Virus record (IMG/VR): IMGVR_UViG_3300032116_000009
Length of the DNA stretch: 64,000 nucleotides
DNA from: a virus
Taxonomy: Duplodnaviria; Caudoviricetes
Reading direction: 5' to 3' (one strand)
Made by a program: the position numbers and the translations under genes. Positions 45,235 to 55,853 of this stretch are shown one piece after another (within the stretch, counting starts at the first letter, position 1; each line of letters begins with the position of its first letter). The notes under the pieces are model-generated. The model was not told the origin of the DNA. It was given only the letters and a program-made list of their open reading frames with translations, and made no database searches.

Positions 45235-48200
45235 ATGGCTAAACTCGGGATCAACACTGGTAGCAACCCTAATGATGGTCAGGGAGATCCATTGAGAGTT
45301 GCAATGGGTAAAATTAATAGTAATTTTACCGAAATTTACAGTGTAATTGGGGATGGAAATAATCTAATAAGTTATGCAAGTACTGCAGGAATTTCAACAC
45401 TTGCAAAAAATCTAACAGGTTCTCCAAGAATTAACGTCAGTGGAGTACTCAATACAGGAATTACAACCACAGAACATTTAGAAGTAAGAAATATAACATC
45501 TACCGGAATTATTACCGCAGTTCAATTTATTGGTGATGGAAGTCAATTAGAAAATGTAGTTGCAACAAGCGCTGGTGTAGAAGTCTTAGATGATAGTGTA
45601 CGAAGAGGCGTAGCACAAGAATTAAACTTTGGTGAAAATATTGTATGTAGTGGTCCAGATGGTGCTGGAAGGGTTACGATTTCAGTTGGAAATAATGTAA
45701 TTGTTGGATATGCAGCTACATATGCACAAATTTCTGGAGTTTCTACTTATGCCGTAACATCTGGAGTATCAACTTATTCTGGTTTATCTGGTGTTTCAAC
45801 TTATGCAGGTGTAGCTGGAGTAGCAACTTATGCAACTAATGCGGGAGTATCTAGTCTTGCAACTTTTGCTGCTAATGCAGGTGGAGCCACATATGCAGCT
45901 CTGGCAGGTGTCTCAACTTATGCGGGAGTTGCGGGTGTTGCAACTTACTCTGAAGTATCAGGAGTTTCTACTTACTCTGTTTTAACTGGCGTTTCAACTT
46001 ATTCTGGTGTAGCTGGTGTTGCTACCTATGCAACTAATGCTGGTGTTTCTAGTTATGCAGTTTTAGCTGGAGTTTCTAGTTATGCAGTAGTATCCGGAGT
46101 TGCTACCTATGCGACAAATGCTGGAGTTTCTAGTTATGCAGTTTTAGCTGGAGTTTCTAGTTATGCAATTAACTCAGGAGTTTCTACTTACGCTGGAGTA
46201 GCTGGAGTATCCACAGCGTTACAAAACTCAAGAACATTCCAAATAACTGGAGATGTTGTCGCTTCTTCAGTTAGTTTTGATGGAACTGGTAATGTATCTC
46301 TAGCAGCGACAATTCAACCAAACTCCGTTGGTCTTGGAACCGATACTACTGGAGATTATGTAAGAGACCTGACTGGAACTGCAAATCAAATTACAGTTAC
46401 TAGTGGAACTGGTGAAGGTTCTTCTCCTATAGTTTCCATTGCAAACAATCCCACTATTCCTGGAAACGTAACTATTGGTAATGACTTACAAGTTAACAAT
46501 AACCTGAACGTAACCGGAAATATTACTATTGGAGGCACATCTGCATATGTGATATCCGATGAATTTAGGGTTAAAGACGCAGATATTGTTCTTGGATTTA
46601 CCACAAATATTTCAGGTCAAGACGCTTCTACTGATAATACTGCAAATCATGGTGGCATAGCAGTTGCATCAACAGAAGGAACTCCCCTTGTCAGTCTTTT
46701 CATCGCTGGTATTGAAACCAATCCTCCCACATACAAAAAAATTATGTGGTTTAAGTCTGGAAGTTTTGCTGGACTTAATACGGATGCATGGTTGAGTAAC
46801 TATGCAGTTGGTATCGGTAGTACCCAATTCCCTGTTGGAACAAGATTAGCTGCAGGTTCTGTTCAGTTTAATGATAGAGACCTTACTGTTGTTAGAGGAG
46901 TAAATGCTTCTGGTATTGTAACAGGTTCTTCTTTTAGACCTTCTAGTGGATATATTCAAGCATCAGATGGAACAAACTCGTTCTTTATTTACAACTCAAC
47001 AGGAAACGTAGCTTTCCAAGGAACTATTGGTGCAAGTCAAATTAATAATGCATCGGGATTTAAAGTAATTGGATTTGCAGGGACTGATATAACGTTTGAA
47101 AATAATGCAAGAATATCTGGAGTTACTACTTCTGTTGGTGGTTTTGTAGGAAATCTTACAGGTACTGCAACAACTGCAACTAACTCTGGATATGCAAGTT
47201 TAGCCGGAGTTGCAACTTATGCAGGAGTGTCTGGAGTTGCAACTTATGCAGGAGTGTCTGGAGTTGCAACTTATGCAGGAACATCTGGAGTTTCTACTTA
47301 CTCAAACTTAGCTGGAGTTGCAACTTATGCAGGAGTGTCTGGAGTTGCAACTTATGCAGGAACATCTGGTGTTTCCACAACATCTGGATATGCAACAACT
47401 GCAGGAATCTCCACACTATCACAAGGACTTACTGGAACTCCAAATATATCAGTAAATCAAGTAGGAATTTCTTCAAATCTTTCTGTTTCAGGTATTACAA
47501 CTTTCTACAATGATGTTCATATTGAAAGTAATAGATCACTATTAATTGGATCTGGTAATGAACTTCAACTATTCAATAGTGGCCTAGATAGTTACATTGA
47601 AAATACAAGTGCGGGCAATCTCATCATTAGAGATGGTGGAACAGGAATACAACTTAGAAAGAGTGGTGGTGGACCTGGTGCTGGATTAATGGCAGTATTT
47701 AATACTGATGCTGGTGTTGAATTATATTATAATAGTGTAATTAAATTGCAAACATTCCAAAATGGAGTTGCTATTAATGAGTCCGTAGGTATTGGAAGTA
47801 CTGCATCCAATCCACCATATAGACTTACAGTAAGTGGAGTTGGTGCAACAATAACTCAAGGTCTCGCCAATGCTATTGCAGATCTTACATCAAGTGTAAA
47901 TGGATATGGGCAAGTTAATATCAGAAACTCACTTTCTGGTACAAATGCTTCTGGTGATCTAGTTATTACTGCAGATTCTGGAACCGATACTTCAAATTAT
48001 GTTAATCTTGGCATTAATAATACTGGATTCACTACATCATCTTGGACCATTAGTGGACCTCTTGATGGATACTTGTATACATCCGATGGCAACTTAGCTA
48101 TTGGTGCAGGGGCCTCAGCAAAGTATATTTCTCTATTTGCTGGAGGAACTCTTGCAGTAAATGAAGTAGTAAGAGTGAGTGATCTTGGAGTAGGTATATA

Positions 48201-49863
48201 CACGACAGTCCCTCAAGCTGCATTACACGTTTCTGGAGATGGTATTTTTACGGGTATTGTAACTGCAGGATCAGTTATCAGTGGTATTGCTTCAGTATCA
48301 CAATTGAATGTTTCTGGTGTAGGAACCTTCCAATCATCAGGATTACAAATAAGAAACCCAGCGAACACTTTTGGGTATACAATTACTGGTGGTGCAATTG
48401 CTGCTGATAGAACTCTCAACCTACCTGTAATCACTGGAACTGCTACACTTGCAGTTCTTAATATATCACAGACATTTACTAACACACAAACATTCAACGG
48501 AACATTAAGTGCTGCAGCTTTATTATCATTAAGTGGTAATACTTCAGGCACTCACGTTTTTGGAACTAACCAAACAACAGGAACACTAACATTTGGTGGA
48601 ACTTCTGGAACTGGAACAATCACATTTGGTCGTTCAACTGCTTCACAACAAACTGATATCCAAGCAGGTGCTTCTGGTGTAGGAACAACCAAAACAATCA
48701 ATTTTGGAACTGGTGGTCTTTCTGGTTCATTTACTCAAATTAATATTGGCCCAACTGCTGGTCTTGGAACTGTTGCAATTAACTCTGGGACTAACTTATT
48801 AGTAGGAACTACAACCTCAACAGGAACTGCATCACAACTACTTCAAGTAACTGGTGGTGGATATGTTTCTGGTAAATTTGGAGTAGGAACAACACTTCCA
48901 ACAAGTAATGTATCAATTGCTGGATCCTTTGCTGCTGGCATATTTGCAGATACTTTTGCAGTATCAAATGATGGGGATGGAATTGTAAGAGCAGGTTCTA
49001 ATATTATTGGTGGATCTGTTGGAACCTCAAGAGTTAATATTCAGGATAGGGCTGGATCACTCTTATCTTTTTATTATTCAACTGGACTAATTGGAAGAAT
49101 AAATGTTGCAAACACAACTGATCTTTCAGTAGAAGTTGGTGGAAGTGAAAGAATAAGAATACACAATTCAACTGGTAATGTTGGTATTGGAACAACAATT
49201 GCAACCGAAGCATTATCAGTTCTTCCTAAAATACAGATACTCAATAATTCAAGTGCAGACGGCAGACTTATTTTTAGAGCAAAGCCAGGTAATGCATATC
49301 GTTGGAATATTGATAATGATGGTGATACAAACAACTTTAGATTTTTCAGAGAGGATGATGCGAATGCTGCAAATGGAACAGCGCCCTTCCAAATTACACC
49401 AACAGGTAATGCAATATTATCTGGTAATCTAAATGCTGCCGGAAATTATTATGTAAAACTAGCAAGAACCTCAAACCAAACTATAACTAGTCTTTCCGAT
49501 ACTTTGATAGGATTTTCTGCAATTAGTGATGGTAATAATTGGTTCAACTCTGGAAATAATCGTATCACCCCAACTGTTGCAGGAAACTATTGTATAAATG
49601 CAATGGTAAAATGGGAAGCAGGTGCAGCAACGAATACTGTCCAGTCAAATATTCAGATAAGAAGAAATGGAACTACAGCTGCACTTTCTGTATGTGGCGT
49701 ACAAACACACACATACACAATGAATGTTTCTGCTATTGTAACTCTGAATGGTAGTACTGATTATGTTGAACTTACTGCTTATACTGGAAATCCAACCAGT
49801 CAAGATATTGGTGGAGACGCTGGTGGAACTTTAACTAAGTTAGAGATGTTCAAACTCAATTAA
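45235..49863 (+). CDS. large virion fibre/structural protein (1542 aa)
   Basis: GINTG..PNDG.GDPLR.A..KIN.NF.EIY N-terminus typical of cyanomyovirus fibre proteins; YAxxxGV(S/A)T repeats; VGIGT motifs; C1q/beta-sandwich-like C-terminus. Confidence 0.85.
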   Translation: MAKLGINTGSNPNDGQGDPLRVAMGKINSNFTEIYSVIGDGNNLISYASTAGISTLAKNLTGSPRINVSGVLNTGITTTEHLEVRNITSTGIITAVQFIGDGSQLENVVATSAGVEVLDDSVRRGVAQELNFGENIVCSGPDGAGRVTISVGNNVIVGYAATYAQISGVSTYAVTSGVSTYSGLSGVSTYAGVAGVATYATNAGVSSLATFAANAGGATYAALAGVSTYAGVAGVATYSEVSGVSTYSVLTGVSTYSGVAGVATYATNAGVSSYAVLAGVSSYAVVSGVATYATNAGVSSYAVLAGVSSYAINSGVSTYAGVAGVSTALQNSRTFQITGDVVASSVSFDGTGNVSLAATIQPNSVGLGTDTTGDYVRDLTGTANQITVTSGTGEGSSPIVSIANNPTIPGNVTIGNDLQVNNNLNVTGNITIGGTSAYVISDEFRVKDADIVLGFTTNISGQDASTDNTANHGGIAVASTEGTPLVSLFIAGIETNPPTYKKIMWFKSGSFAGLNTDAWLSNYAVGIGSTQFPVGTRLAAGSVQFNDRDLTVVRGVNASGIVTGSSFRPSSGYIQASDGTNSFFIYNSTGNVAFQGTIGASQINNASGFKVIGFAGTDITFENNARISGVTTSVGGFVGNLTGTATTATNSGYASLAGVATYAGVSGVATYAGVSGVATYAGTSGVSTYSNLAGVATYAGVSGVATYAGTSGVSTTSGYATTAGISTLSQGLTGTPNISVNQVGISSNLSVSGITTFYNDVHIESNRSLLIGSGNELQLFNSGLDSYIENTSAGNLIIRDGGTGIQLRKSGGGPGAGLMAVFNTDAGVELYYNSVIKLQTFQNGVAINESVGIGSTASNPPYRLTVSGVGATITQGLANAIADLTSSVNGYGQVNIRNSLSGTNASGDLVITADSGTDTSNYVNLGINNTGFTTSSWTISGPLDGYLYTSDGNLAIGAGASAKYISLFAGGTLAVNEVVRVSDLGVGIYTTVPQAALHVSGDGIFTGIVTAGSVISGIASVSQLNVSGVGTFQSSGLQIRNPANTFGYTITGGAIAADRTLNLPVITGTATLAVLNISQTFTNTQTFNGTLSAAALLSLSGNTSGTHVFGTNQTTGTLTFGGTSGTGTITFGRSTASQQTDIQAGASGVGTTKTINFGTGGLSGSFTQINIGPTAGLGTVAINSGTNLLVGTTTSTGTASQLLQVTGGGYVSGKFGVGTTLPTSNVSIAGSFAAGIFADTFAVSNDGDGIVRAGSNIIGGSVGTSRVNIQDRAGSLLSFYYSTGLIGRINVANTTDLSVEVGGSERIRIHNSTGNVGIGTTIATEALSVLPKIQILNNSSADGRLIFRAKPGNAYRWNIDNDGDTNNFRFFREDDANAANGTAPFQITPTGNAILSGNLNAAGNYYVKLARTSNQTITSLSDTLIGFSAISDGNNWFNSGNNRITPTVAGNYCINAMVKWEAGAATNTVQSNIQIRRNGTTAALSVCGVQTHTYTMNVSAIVTLNGSTDYVELTAYTGNPTSQDIGGDAGGTLTKLEMFKLN
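45700..46215 (+). repeat. 9-aa coding repeats (YAxxxGV(S/A)T), block 1
   Basis: Roughly 18 degenerate 27-nt units. Confidence 0.85.
47190..47420 (+). repeat. 9-aa coding repeats, block 2, with near-identical 27-nt units
   Basis: ggagttgcaacttatgcaggagtgtct repeated. Confidence 0.85.
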
Positions 49864-49938
49864 ATAATAATGGTTTTATTGAATCTTAAATTAACATAAT
49901 TTAATACTAAATAAGCCGCCCAAAAAATCATAAGAACA

Positions 49939-50400
49939 ATGAAAAGACTATTATTGGCCTTTTCGTTATTCTTCGCTATCCCAGTTAATGCTGCTGAAAT
50001 TACATCAAGAATTACTGATTCCGTACAATTGAAAGTTGATGGTGCTGCAGTTCAATCAACCAGAATCGGTGCTTCATATTCAGCGTCAGGAACCAATATC
50101 CAATCCTCATCCTTTGGTGGTGTAGGTGGTGCTGGAACCTACGACATTAATACTCCAGGTCAAGCATTTACTTTCTCAGAAAGTTTTAATGCTGCGGATA
50201 CTCCTGTTACCACTCAAACAGTAACGAATGGTGTTATCGGAACTCCAAATCTTTATGGAGATACTGTAACTCAAGTTGGTGGTGAGAAGGGATCCCTCGC
50301 AGGTACTCTCTCTCCAACTGGCGTTCCTACTATTACAGCTGGTGGTGCTGGAACTACCGCAACAGGTCAAAGAGCCATTGAACTAAGCGTATTCAAATGA
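49939..50400 (+). CDS. secreted hypothetical protein
   Basis: Signal peptide MKRLLLAFSLFFAIPVNAA. Confidence 0.75.
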   Translation: MKRLLLAFSLFFAIPVNAAEITSRITDSVQLKVDGAAVQSTRIGASYSASGTNIQSSSFGGVGGAGTYDINTPGQAFTFSESFNAADTPVTTQTVTNGVIGTPNLYGDTVTQVGGEKGSLAGTLSPTGVPTITAGGAGTTATGQRAIELSVFK

Positions 50401-50762
50401 GACATTTAACTCCCGCTTTGCTTTTAGCGGCGGGAGTCATCTGTACTCCCGTTTACGCTGAGAGTGTTGTGCCCAATTTTACGAGGGGTACAATCAATGC
50501 AACCACAGAATCTACTACAAAGATTATAGAGACAATCCGCCAAGTTGAATATACAACTGGTGAATCTTATACTGTAACTGGTACGAACATCAACATTCCT
50601 GGCGTTCCTCAAAGGGGTGCTGGTTATTCGATTATGACGCAAGGTGCTCCATTCCAGTTCAGCGAAACCTACCTCGGACCTGGAGTGGCAAAAGAAACAT
50701 GGATAGACCGTACTACAGAAACCCAATCAACCACTACATCAATCTCTGTCTTTACGCAGTAA
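50397..50762 (+). CDS. secreted hypothetical protein
   Basis: Signal peptide ending VYA. Confidence 0.75.
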   Translation: MRHLTPALLLAAGVICTPVYAESVVPNFTRGTINATTESTTKIIETIRQVEYTTGESYTVTGTNINIPGVPQRGAGYSIMTQGAPFQFSETYLGPGVAKETWIDRTTETQSTTTSISVFTQ

Positions 50763-51283
50763 TCTCAACAGGAACTGCATTTGCTCAAACTGCCCCAGCA
50801 CCAAGTAATACAAACATTGCTGGACCTTCAGCATCTGCTACTGGTAATGTAACTAACCAGGCAGTTCAGGTACTTCAAGGCCCTTTTGCTTTGAATACTT
50901 TTGGATCTGGAGTTTCATGTCAAGGCCCCACATTTTCCATATCACCATTTATTATTGGTAATGGAAATGCAAGTCAAGATCCAGAACAATTTCCATCTTA
51001 TTCTGGAAATGCTGGATTATCCATGGGTTTTAATATTCCTCTAGATGGTTCTTTGCAAGAACTATGCAAATCAAGAGCCAAAGTTGAAATCTCAAGACAA
51101 CAAGCAGAAGCAGACAAAGCACGTTTAGATTTTGAACTTGTAAGACTTTTAAAATGCGGTGAAGCATACAAGTCAGGAATTATGTTCCATCCGGACAGTC
51201 CTTATCACAAAATTTGTGCTGATGTTGTTGTGAAATATCCAAGAGTTGGGGATGTGGTCAATGGAACCAATACAATCAATTGA
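50699..51283 (+). CDS. secreted hypothetical protein
   Basis: AFAQ cleavage-like site; Cys pairs; start overlaps the upstream gene. Confidence 0.7.
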   Translation: MDRPYYRNPINHYINLCLYAVISTGTAFAQTAPAPSNTNIAGPSASATGNVTNQAVQVLQGPFALNTFGSGVSCQGPTFSISPFIIGNGNASQDPEQFPSYSGNAGLSMGFNIPLDGSLQELCKSRAKVEISRQQAEADKARLDFELVRLLKCGEAYKSGIMFHPDSPYHKICADVVVKYPRVGDVVNGTNTIN

Positions 51284-52139
51284 TAATCCAAATCTAAGAA
51301 CAATAATCGGAAATAATCCGATCAATGTACCAAGTGCAAACATAAATCGAATATCTGGTCCATCTGTAATTTCAACTATAGACAGACCAAATGTTCGTTC
51401 TGTAGAAGCGCCTGTTGTTCGTGGACTGGAAGTTCCTATCATTGATGTTCCGAATACTGCAATAAAGTATCCAGTCATTAATGTTCCAACTCAAGCAGAG
51501 TTTGATGCTGCAGTAAAAGCAGAACGTGAAAAACAGGCACAAGAACAACAGGAAAAATCAAGGGGGTTACCTGATACTACTCCCCCTCCTCAACTGCCCC
51601 AAGTTAACGAAACTCCTCTGTCTCAAACTGTACCTACAGTTGCAGAAGTTCCAGTAGATAAACCTCAACCTACATTTTCCGTTTATGGAGTCGATATTAA
51701 TTTACCTGACCCTTCTCTTGTTGCTACGGCTGGTGCTGTAGCTGTAGTTACAACTGCAGCTACAATAGCATCAACCGCAGTTTTTAATGGTCTAAGAAGT
51801 GCAGCAGAACCATTTTTAAAAGAAGCTGCAAAAAATAAATTCAAAATTAAGATCAAACAAGTTAAACCTGTTCTCCATTATGTAATGGCTGAATCAGGTC
51901 ACATTGATATTTTTGAGTACTCATCTGAAGGTACACGATTAGTTGCTCAAGTTGATAATGTAGAACAATACATTAGAGATCAAGTAGAGAAAAATACACT
52001 TTATGAAATTGAGAATAAAGTAATCATTGATGAACCCGTAAAAGAAAAATTCACAAAAGAAGGGCAAGAAAGATTTAAATCTCTCTACGCCCCTCCTAAG
52101 AAAATCGCTAAAAAATTATCAGCTAGATTGTCTTTCTAA
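51246..52139 (+). CDS. hypothetical protein with Pro-rich region and TM helix
   Basis: ATAGAVAVVTTAATIASTAVF helix; start uncertain. Confidence 0.7.
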   Translation: MGMWSMEPIQSIDNPNLRTIIGNNPINVPSANINRISGPSVISTIDRPNVRSVEAPVVRGLEVPIIDVPNTAIKYPVINVPTQAEFDAAVKAEREKQAQEQQEKSRGLPDTTPPPQLPQVNETPLSQTVPTVAEVPVDKPQPTFSVYGVDINLPDPSLVATAGAVAVVTTAATIASTAVFNGLRSAAEPFLKEAAKNKFKIKIKQVKPVLHYVMAESGHIDIFEYSSEGTRLVAQVDNVEQYIRDQVEKNTLYEIENKVIIDEPVKEKFTKEGQERFKSLYAPPKKIAKKLSARLSF

Positions 52140-52894
52140 TATTTTCCTTCTGTACAATACTCTACTTTTTTATTTGGATAATAAGGATACTTACCCTCTT
52201 GTGGTTTCATAAATCCACAACCAATTAACCAATCCATAGTCATTGGAGTTGGTCTCATCTGATCCCACAGTGGACCTTTAGCACACATCTCTAACTTCTC
52301 AGCAGTAACATTCGATTGTTCTTCTGCCCAGTTAGCATCTGCTTCCCAGGGAACAGCACGACTCTGCATCATAGATTCATAGGTCAATCTAGTATTCTTC
52401 ATAATCCAAGCAGGGATTTCTGAATCCTGATGAACCTGGGCCATGAATGATGTCTGAATCCCACCACCCATACAATCTTGTACGGCATGCCATCCTTCAT
52501 GTCTCATCGTTCCAAGAAACTCTCTTGGATCTTTGAGAAGTTGTTCGTTCACAAAGAAACGATTGTAGTTTGGTTTATATAATCCTACTGTCCTTGGAGT
52601 AAAATATCTTTCTGGTGCAACATAAACGGGAACATTTACACCATCAAGAGCAGTAATAATTCTTGTTAGTTCTTCTCTGAATGGATCAAAGTCTGGATCC
52701 TTTAGTAGTTCAGAATCTACTGTGAGTTTTTCTACTCCTTCAGTGCATTCTAGGAGAATCATACAACCCATTGCTGCTGGACTGTATGGTTTTACTGTTG
52801 GTTGTGTTGGCGCTAGTGATGACGCCATAGCAGGAAATGCTAAGGATAAAACTAAACCAACTGAGGTGAGTAACTTTTTCATTCGTTCCACCAA
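52136..52894 (-). CDS. secreted zinc metalloprotease-like protein
   Basis: Signal peptide; MRHEGWHAVQDC (HExxH). Confidence 0.65.
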   Translation of the reverse strand: MVERMKKLLTSVGLVLSLAFPAMASSLAPTQPTVKPYSPAAMGCMILLECTEGVEKLTVDSELLKDPDFDPFREELTRIITALDGVNVPVYVAPERYFTPRTVGLYKPNYNRFFVNEQLLKDPREFLGTMRHEGWHAVQDCMGGGIQTSFMAQVHQDSEIPAWIMKNTRLTYESMMQSRAVPWEADANWAEEQSNVTAEKLEMCAKGPLWDQMRPTPMTMDWLIGCGFMKPQEGKYPYYPNKKVEYCTEGKY

Positions 52895-53079
52895 CCTTCT
52901 TGTTTATGAATCCAGACTTTCAAATCTTTTACATACTTTCTCAAGATCTGGGCCTGTTCTTCATGCCAAAAATCACCCGTCTCCATGTGAAGACGGGTGT
53001 GATTATCTATAGCTTTAAGTATTTGATGGATGGGAGCATTCCAACACTCCCTTTTTGGAGTGTTCCATTCTCTTGGCAT
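52879..53079 (-). CDS. hypothetical protein
   Basis: ORF track. Confidence 0.6.
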   Translation of the reverse strand: MPREWNTPKRECWNAPIHQILKAIDNHTRLHMETGDFWHEEQAQILRKYVKDLKVWIHKQEGWWNE

Positions 53080-53298
53080 GGTACAACCAGCGAGTGTATT
53101 TCATTATATCTAAAATATTCAAGTTGGCATTGTCCTGGACTAATCTCAGTGTAACCAACAATCATAAAAGCAATCAATTCCATCATTTTTTCTTTCCACC
53201 ATTCTTTGCTTTTTTGGCAGTGGCATTACCTTGATTCTGTTTAGAGTTTTTTTGTCCTCCAGAAGAACCTTTCTTGCCTTTGTTTGCAGACTTAGACA

Positions 53299-53637
53299 TT
53301 ATGCTCCACCGGTACGGGGTTGAACTTGGCCCTCTAGAACTTCAACTCTTTCCTCAAGGGTTGGTTCTGCGGCAGCAACTTCTGGTGCTGGTAGTTCAGG
53401 GAGAGATTCTACGACATCTTCCCTTTTTGGTTCTTCCTTCTTTTCATCATCATCACCACCCTTCTTCATTGTGTTAATACCAAAGGTTGCAGCAGAAGCA
53501 GTGAATACGGTTGCAATAAAGGTAGGATCCATTTTAGCGAGAGCACCAGCGTAACTTGCTGTCAATAGTGCGGCAGACCAACCCAAAATCGCAATACGAA
53601 TAATCTGACTCATACATTTTTCCCTTTTGTTTTCCAT
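53299..53637 (-). CDS. two-TM membrane protein with acidic tail
   Basis: Two hydrophobic helices. Confidence 0.7.
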   Translation of the reverse strand: MENKREKCMSQIIRIAILGWSAALLTASYAGALAKMDPTFIATVFTASAATFGINTMKKGGDDDEKKEEPKREDVVESLPELPAPEVAAAEPTLEERVEVLEGQVQPRTGGA

Positions 53638-53673
53638 CAGTTCCTAGTGATGATGTCTTTGTTATTTAGGATT

Positions 53674-55767
53674 TTAGAACTTAAATTTAAGTTTTGCAGA
53701 AACTGCTGTATTGGAAACACCATCATTGATTTGATGTATCCCTTCAATAACTACCATCTCTTTATAATCAACAGAAGCAGATACTTCAATCAATCCACTA
53801 GTCTCATAAGAACCACCAACAGTTACTCCAAATAAATCCTTTTTCTTTCCACCAAAACGGTGTGAAATATTTAGACCTACCTCACCAGAATGTGAAGTTT
53901 TGTTTATAGTATCAACAGTTCTTCTGGATTGAATAGAACCTTTCTCAGTAAATCCATCTCTCTGGTAGTTACCAACAGTGTATCCAACAAATGGTCTTAA
54001 ATTCTTATTAAGATGCCAGAATAGTCTGTTATTTACAAACCACTCTTTTCCTTGTGTTGAACTTTCATTGTTGAAGACACCCTGAACATTTCTGGATACG
54101 TTATATTTGTTCTGTGCAAATCCAGCATTTGTTAATAGTGAGAATGTATTGCCACGCAACATATTGAATATTCCATAATGATTTTTCAGGAGTTTAGAAG
54201 TACTATCAACACCACCTAAATCAATATTCATATTATTATATTGACCACCAATCGTCCAGGTTGGTTTAATATCAATCTCTAATCCACCACCAATAATTAA
54301 AGTCTTACCATCGTATCCATTCTCACCAGAAGACCAAGCATAATAGTTATTACTGAATACTCTTACTTTATCAGTGGTTGGTTTAGATGGTTCGTGGATA
54401 AGAAGATTTTGTAATCCACCACCAATCTTATCTAAAACTTCATACTGGTCAGTGCGTCCAGAAAGAACATCGTGAGTATTTTCAGTATCAACAGAAAGAA
54501 GTAATGAACTTACGACGGTTCCATCACTATAAGTATCTTGCTTCAATAATGGAGTCTGACTTGTAGTTGCAAAGTCTCTTCTAATCTTCTGAACTCCATC
54601 CTTCTCAGATGCCTTATGTGTTACTTCTGTGGTAACAACAACTGGAAGTCCTGGTGCAGGAACAGTCACAGAGTTTAATAATGTTGGTGGTTCTGGTTCT
54701 GCTGTAGGTTCAGGAGTTGGCTCTGGTGTTGGTTCAGGAGTGGGTTCAGGAGTTGGCTCTGGTGTGGGTTCAGGAGTTGGCTCTGGTGTTGGTTCAGGAG
54801 TTGGCTCTGGTGTGGGTTCAGGAGTTGGTTCTGGTTCTGGTGTGGGTTCAGGAGTTGGAGTTGGTGCTACCTCATCAACAGATGGTGCATCTGGATTGTT
54901 TGGAGCAACAGGAGTGAATGCCTCACCATTTGCTGTTGTAGTTCCAGGTTGACTATCAACTAAAAGAACTGGTGATAATGCTGTATCTCCAAGGTTGAAT
55001 ACTGCAAATCCCAAGAGATAATCACCATCAGCGCCTACTTGATAAGTTGAATACTGCCATCCAGTAGAACCAAAAGAACCTGTTGAATAATCACCTGTTC
55101 CTGGATTGGTAAATCCAAGTAATGCATAGTTTTGAAGTTGGTTATTAACTGTTACTGATGGGGAAGTTCCAGATCCCTGATAAACAAGTGAAGTGATAGA
55201 ACCATCATTGAAAGGAACATAATCAGTTCCAATATAGTTCCAAGACATCGTATAAACTTTTCCAGTCTCCAAAGTGACTGATTTTGTAATCCAAGAAGCA
55301 TCGGTTGGGTTTGGATTTCCAAGTCCTGATGCTTGTTGTTGTTGAGTGAGAAGATCTCTTATTGCTTGATTTTGCTCTGGAGTTAAACCAAGTGCTTCTG
55401 TTGCTTGGTTAAATGTTTGTTGACCGTTTGGTTGTAGTGCGGCACCAGCAGTTCCATAAGGAGCAAACTCCCAAGTGGTTGGTGTTACTGCGGGTGCGTG
55501 ATATGGATTAGGAGAACCGTCTTGTAGTGTTGGGCTTCCTACTGCGGGGAAAGATCCAGCATTAAAAATAACTGGATTATCGACAACACTCACACCAGTT
55601 CCATTTCCACCGATTGTGGCATCTAGTGTTCCAGTTTGAGTTCCAGTATTCCATCCTGAAGTATCTCCAGTCTCGAAATCTGTACCAGAAATTGTATCTG
55701 CGAATGCTGTTGGTGCCCCCATTAAAAGAGCAGACGCTACAGCAAGCGCCCTTGTAGCGTAAGACAT
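53674..55767 (-). CDS. autotransporter-like outer-membrane protein with PEPT linker
   Basis: Signal peptide, passenger-like domain, (PEPT)n linker, amphipathic beta strands ending KLKFKF. Confidence 0.75.
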   Translation of the reverse strand: MSYATRALAVASALLMGAPTAFADTISGTDFETGDTSGWNTGTQTGTLDATIGGNGTGVSVVDNPVIFNAGSFPAVGSPTLQDGSPNPYHAPAVTPTTWEFAPYGTAGAALQPNGQQTFNQATEALGLTPEQNQAIRDLLTQQQQASGLGNPNPTDASWITKSVTLETGKVYTMSWNYIGTDYVPFNDGSITSLVYQGSGTSPSVTVNNQLQNYALLGFTNPGTGDYSTGSFGSTGWQYSTYQVGADGDYLLGFAVFNLGDTALSPVLLVDSQPGTTTANGEAFTPVAPNNPDAPSVDEVAPTPTPEPTPEPEPTPEPTPEPTPEPTPEPTPEPTPEPTPEPTPEPTPEPTPEPTAEPEPPTLLNSVTVPAPGLPVVVTTEVTHKASEKDGVQKIRRDFATTSQTPLLKQDTYSDGTVVSSLLLSVDTENTHDVLSGRTDQYEVLDKIGGGLQNLLIHEPSKPTTDKVRVFSNNYYAWSSGENGYDGKTLIIGGGLEIDIKPTWTIGGQYNNMNIDLGGVDSTSKLLKNHYGIFNMLRGNTFSLLTNAGFAQNKYNVSRNVQGVFNNESSTQGKEWFVNNRLFWHLNKNLRPFVGYTVGNYQRDGFTEKGSIQSRRTVDTINKTSHSGEVGLNISHRFGGKKKDLFGVTVGGSYETSGLIEVSASVDYKEMVVIEGIHQINDGVSNTAVSAKLKFKF
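54697..54865. repeat. coding tandem repeat (PEPT)n, 12-nt unit
   Basis: ggttcaggagtt/ggctctggtgtt units. Confidence 0.9.
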
Positions 55768-55772
55768 AAGAA

Positions 55773-55853
55773 TCCTCTGTGAGTTCAGTGTGTACTAAAC
55801 AAAACAAACCGAAGTTATGTTTAAAAGTAAAGTATTCACCGAATCACAGAGGA
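55773..55853 (-). promoter_or_regulatory. long hairpin sequestering the SD of the autotransporter-like gene
   Basis: TCCTCTGTGA/TCACAGAGGA 10 bp plus TTCGGTG/CACTGAA; the 3' arm contains AGAGGA just before ATG. Confidence 0.65.

Noticed and set aside
45235-49863. Diversity-generating retroelement acting on the fibre gene
   Set aside because: No reverse transcriptase and no TR/VR pair differing at adenines seen in the window
44053-54952. Possible CRISPR arrays (repeats at 44150-44315, 47190-47420, 54697-54865)
   Set aside because: Tandem in-frame coding repeats without unique spacers; no cas genes
54629-54952. GS-repeat ORF on the plus strand (and the antisense ORFs at 44053-44409)
   Set aside because: Antisense reading of Pro-rich coding repeats
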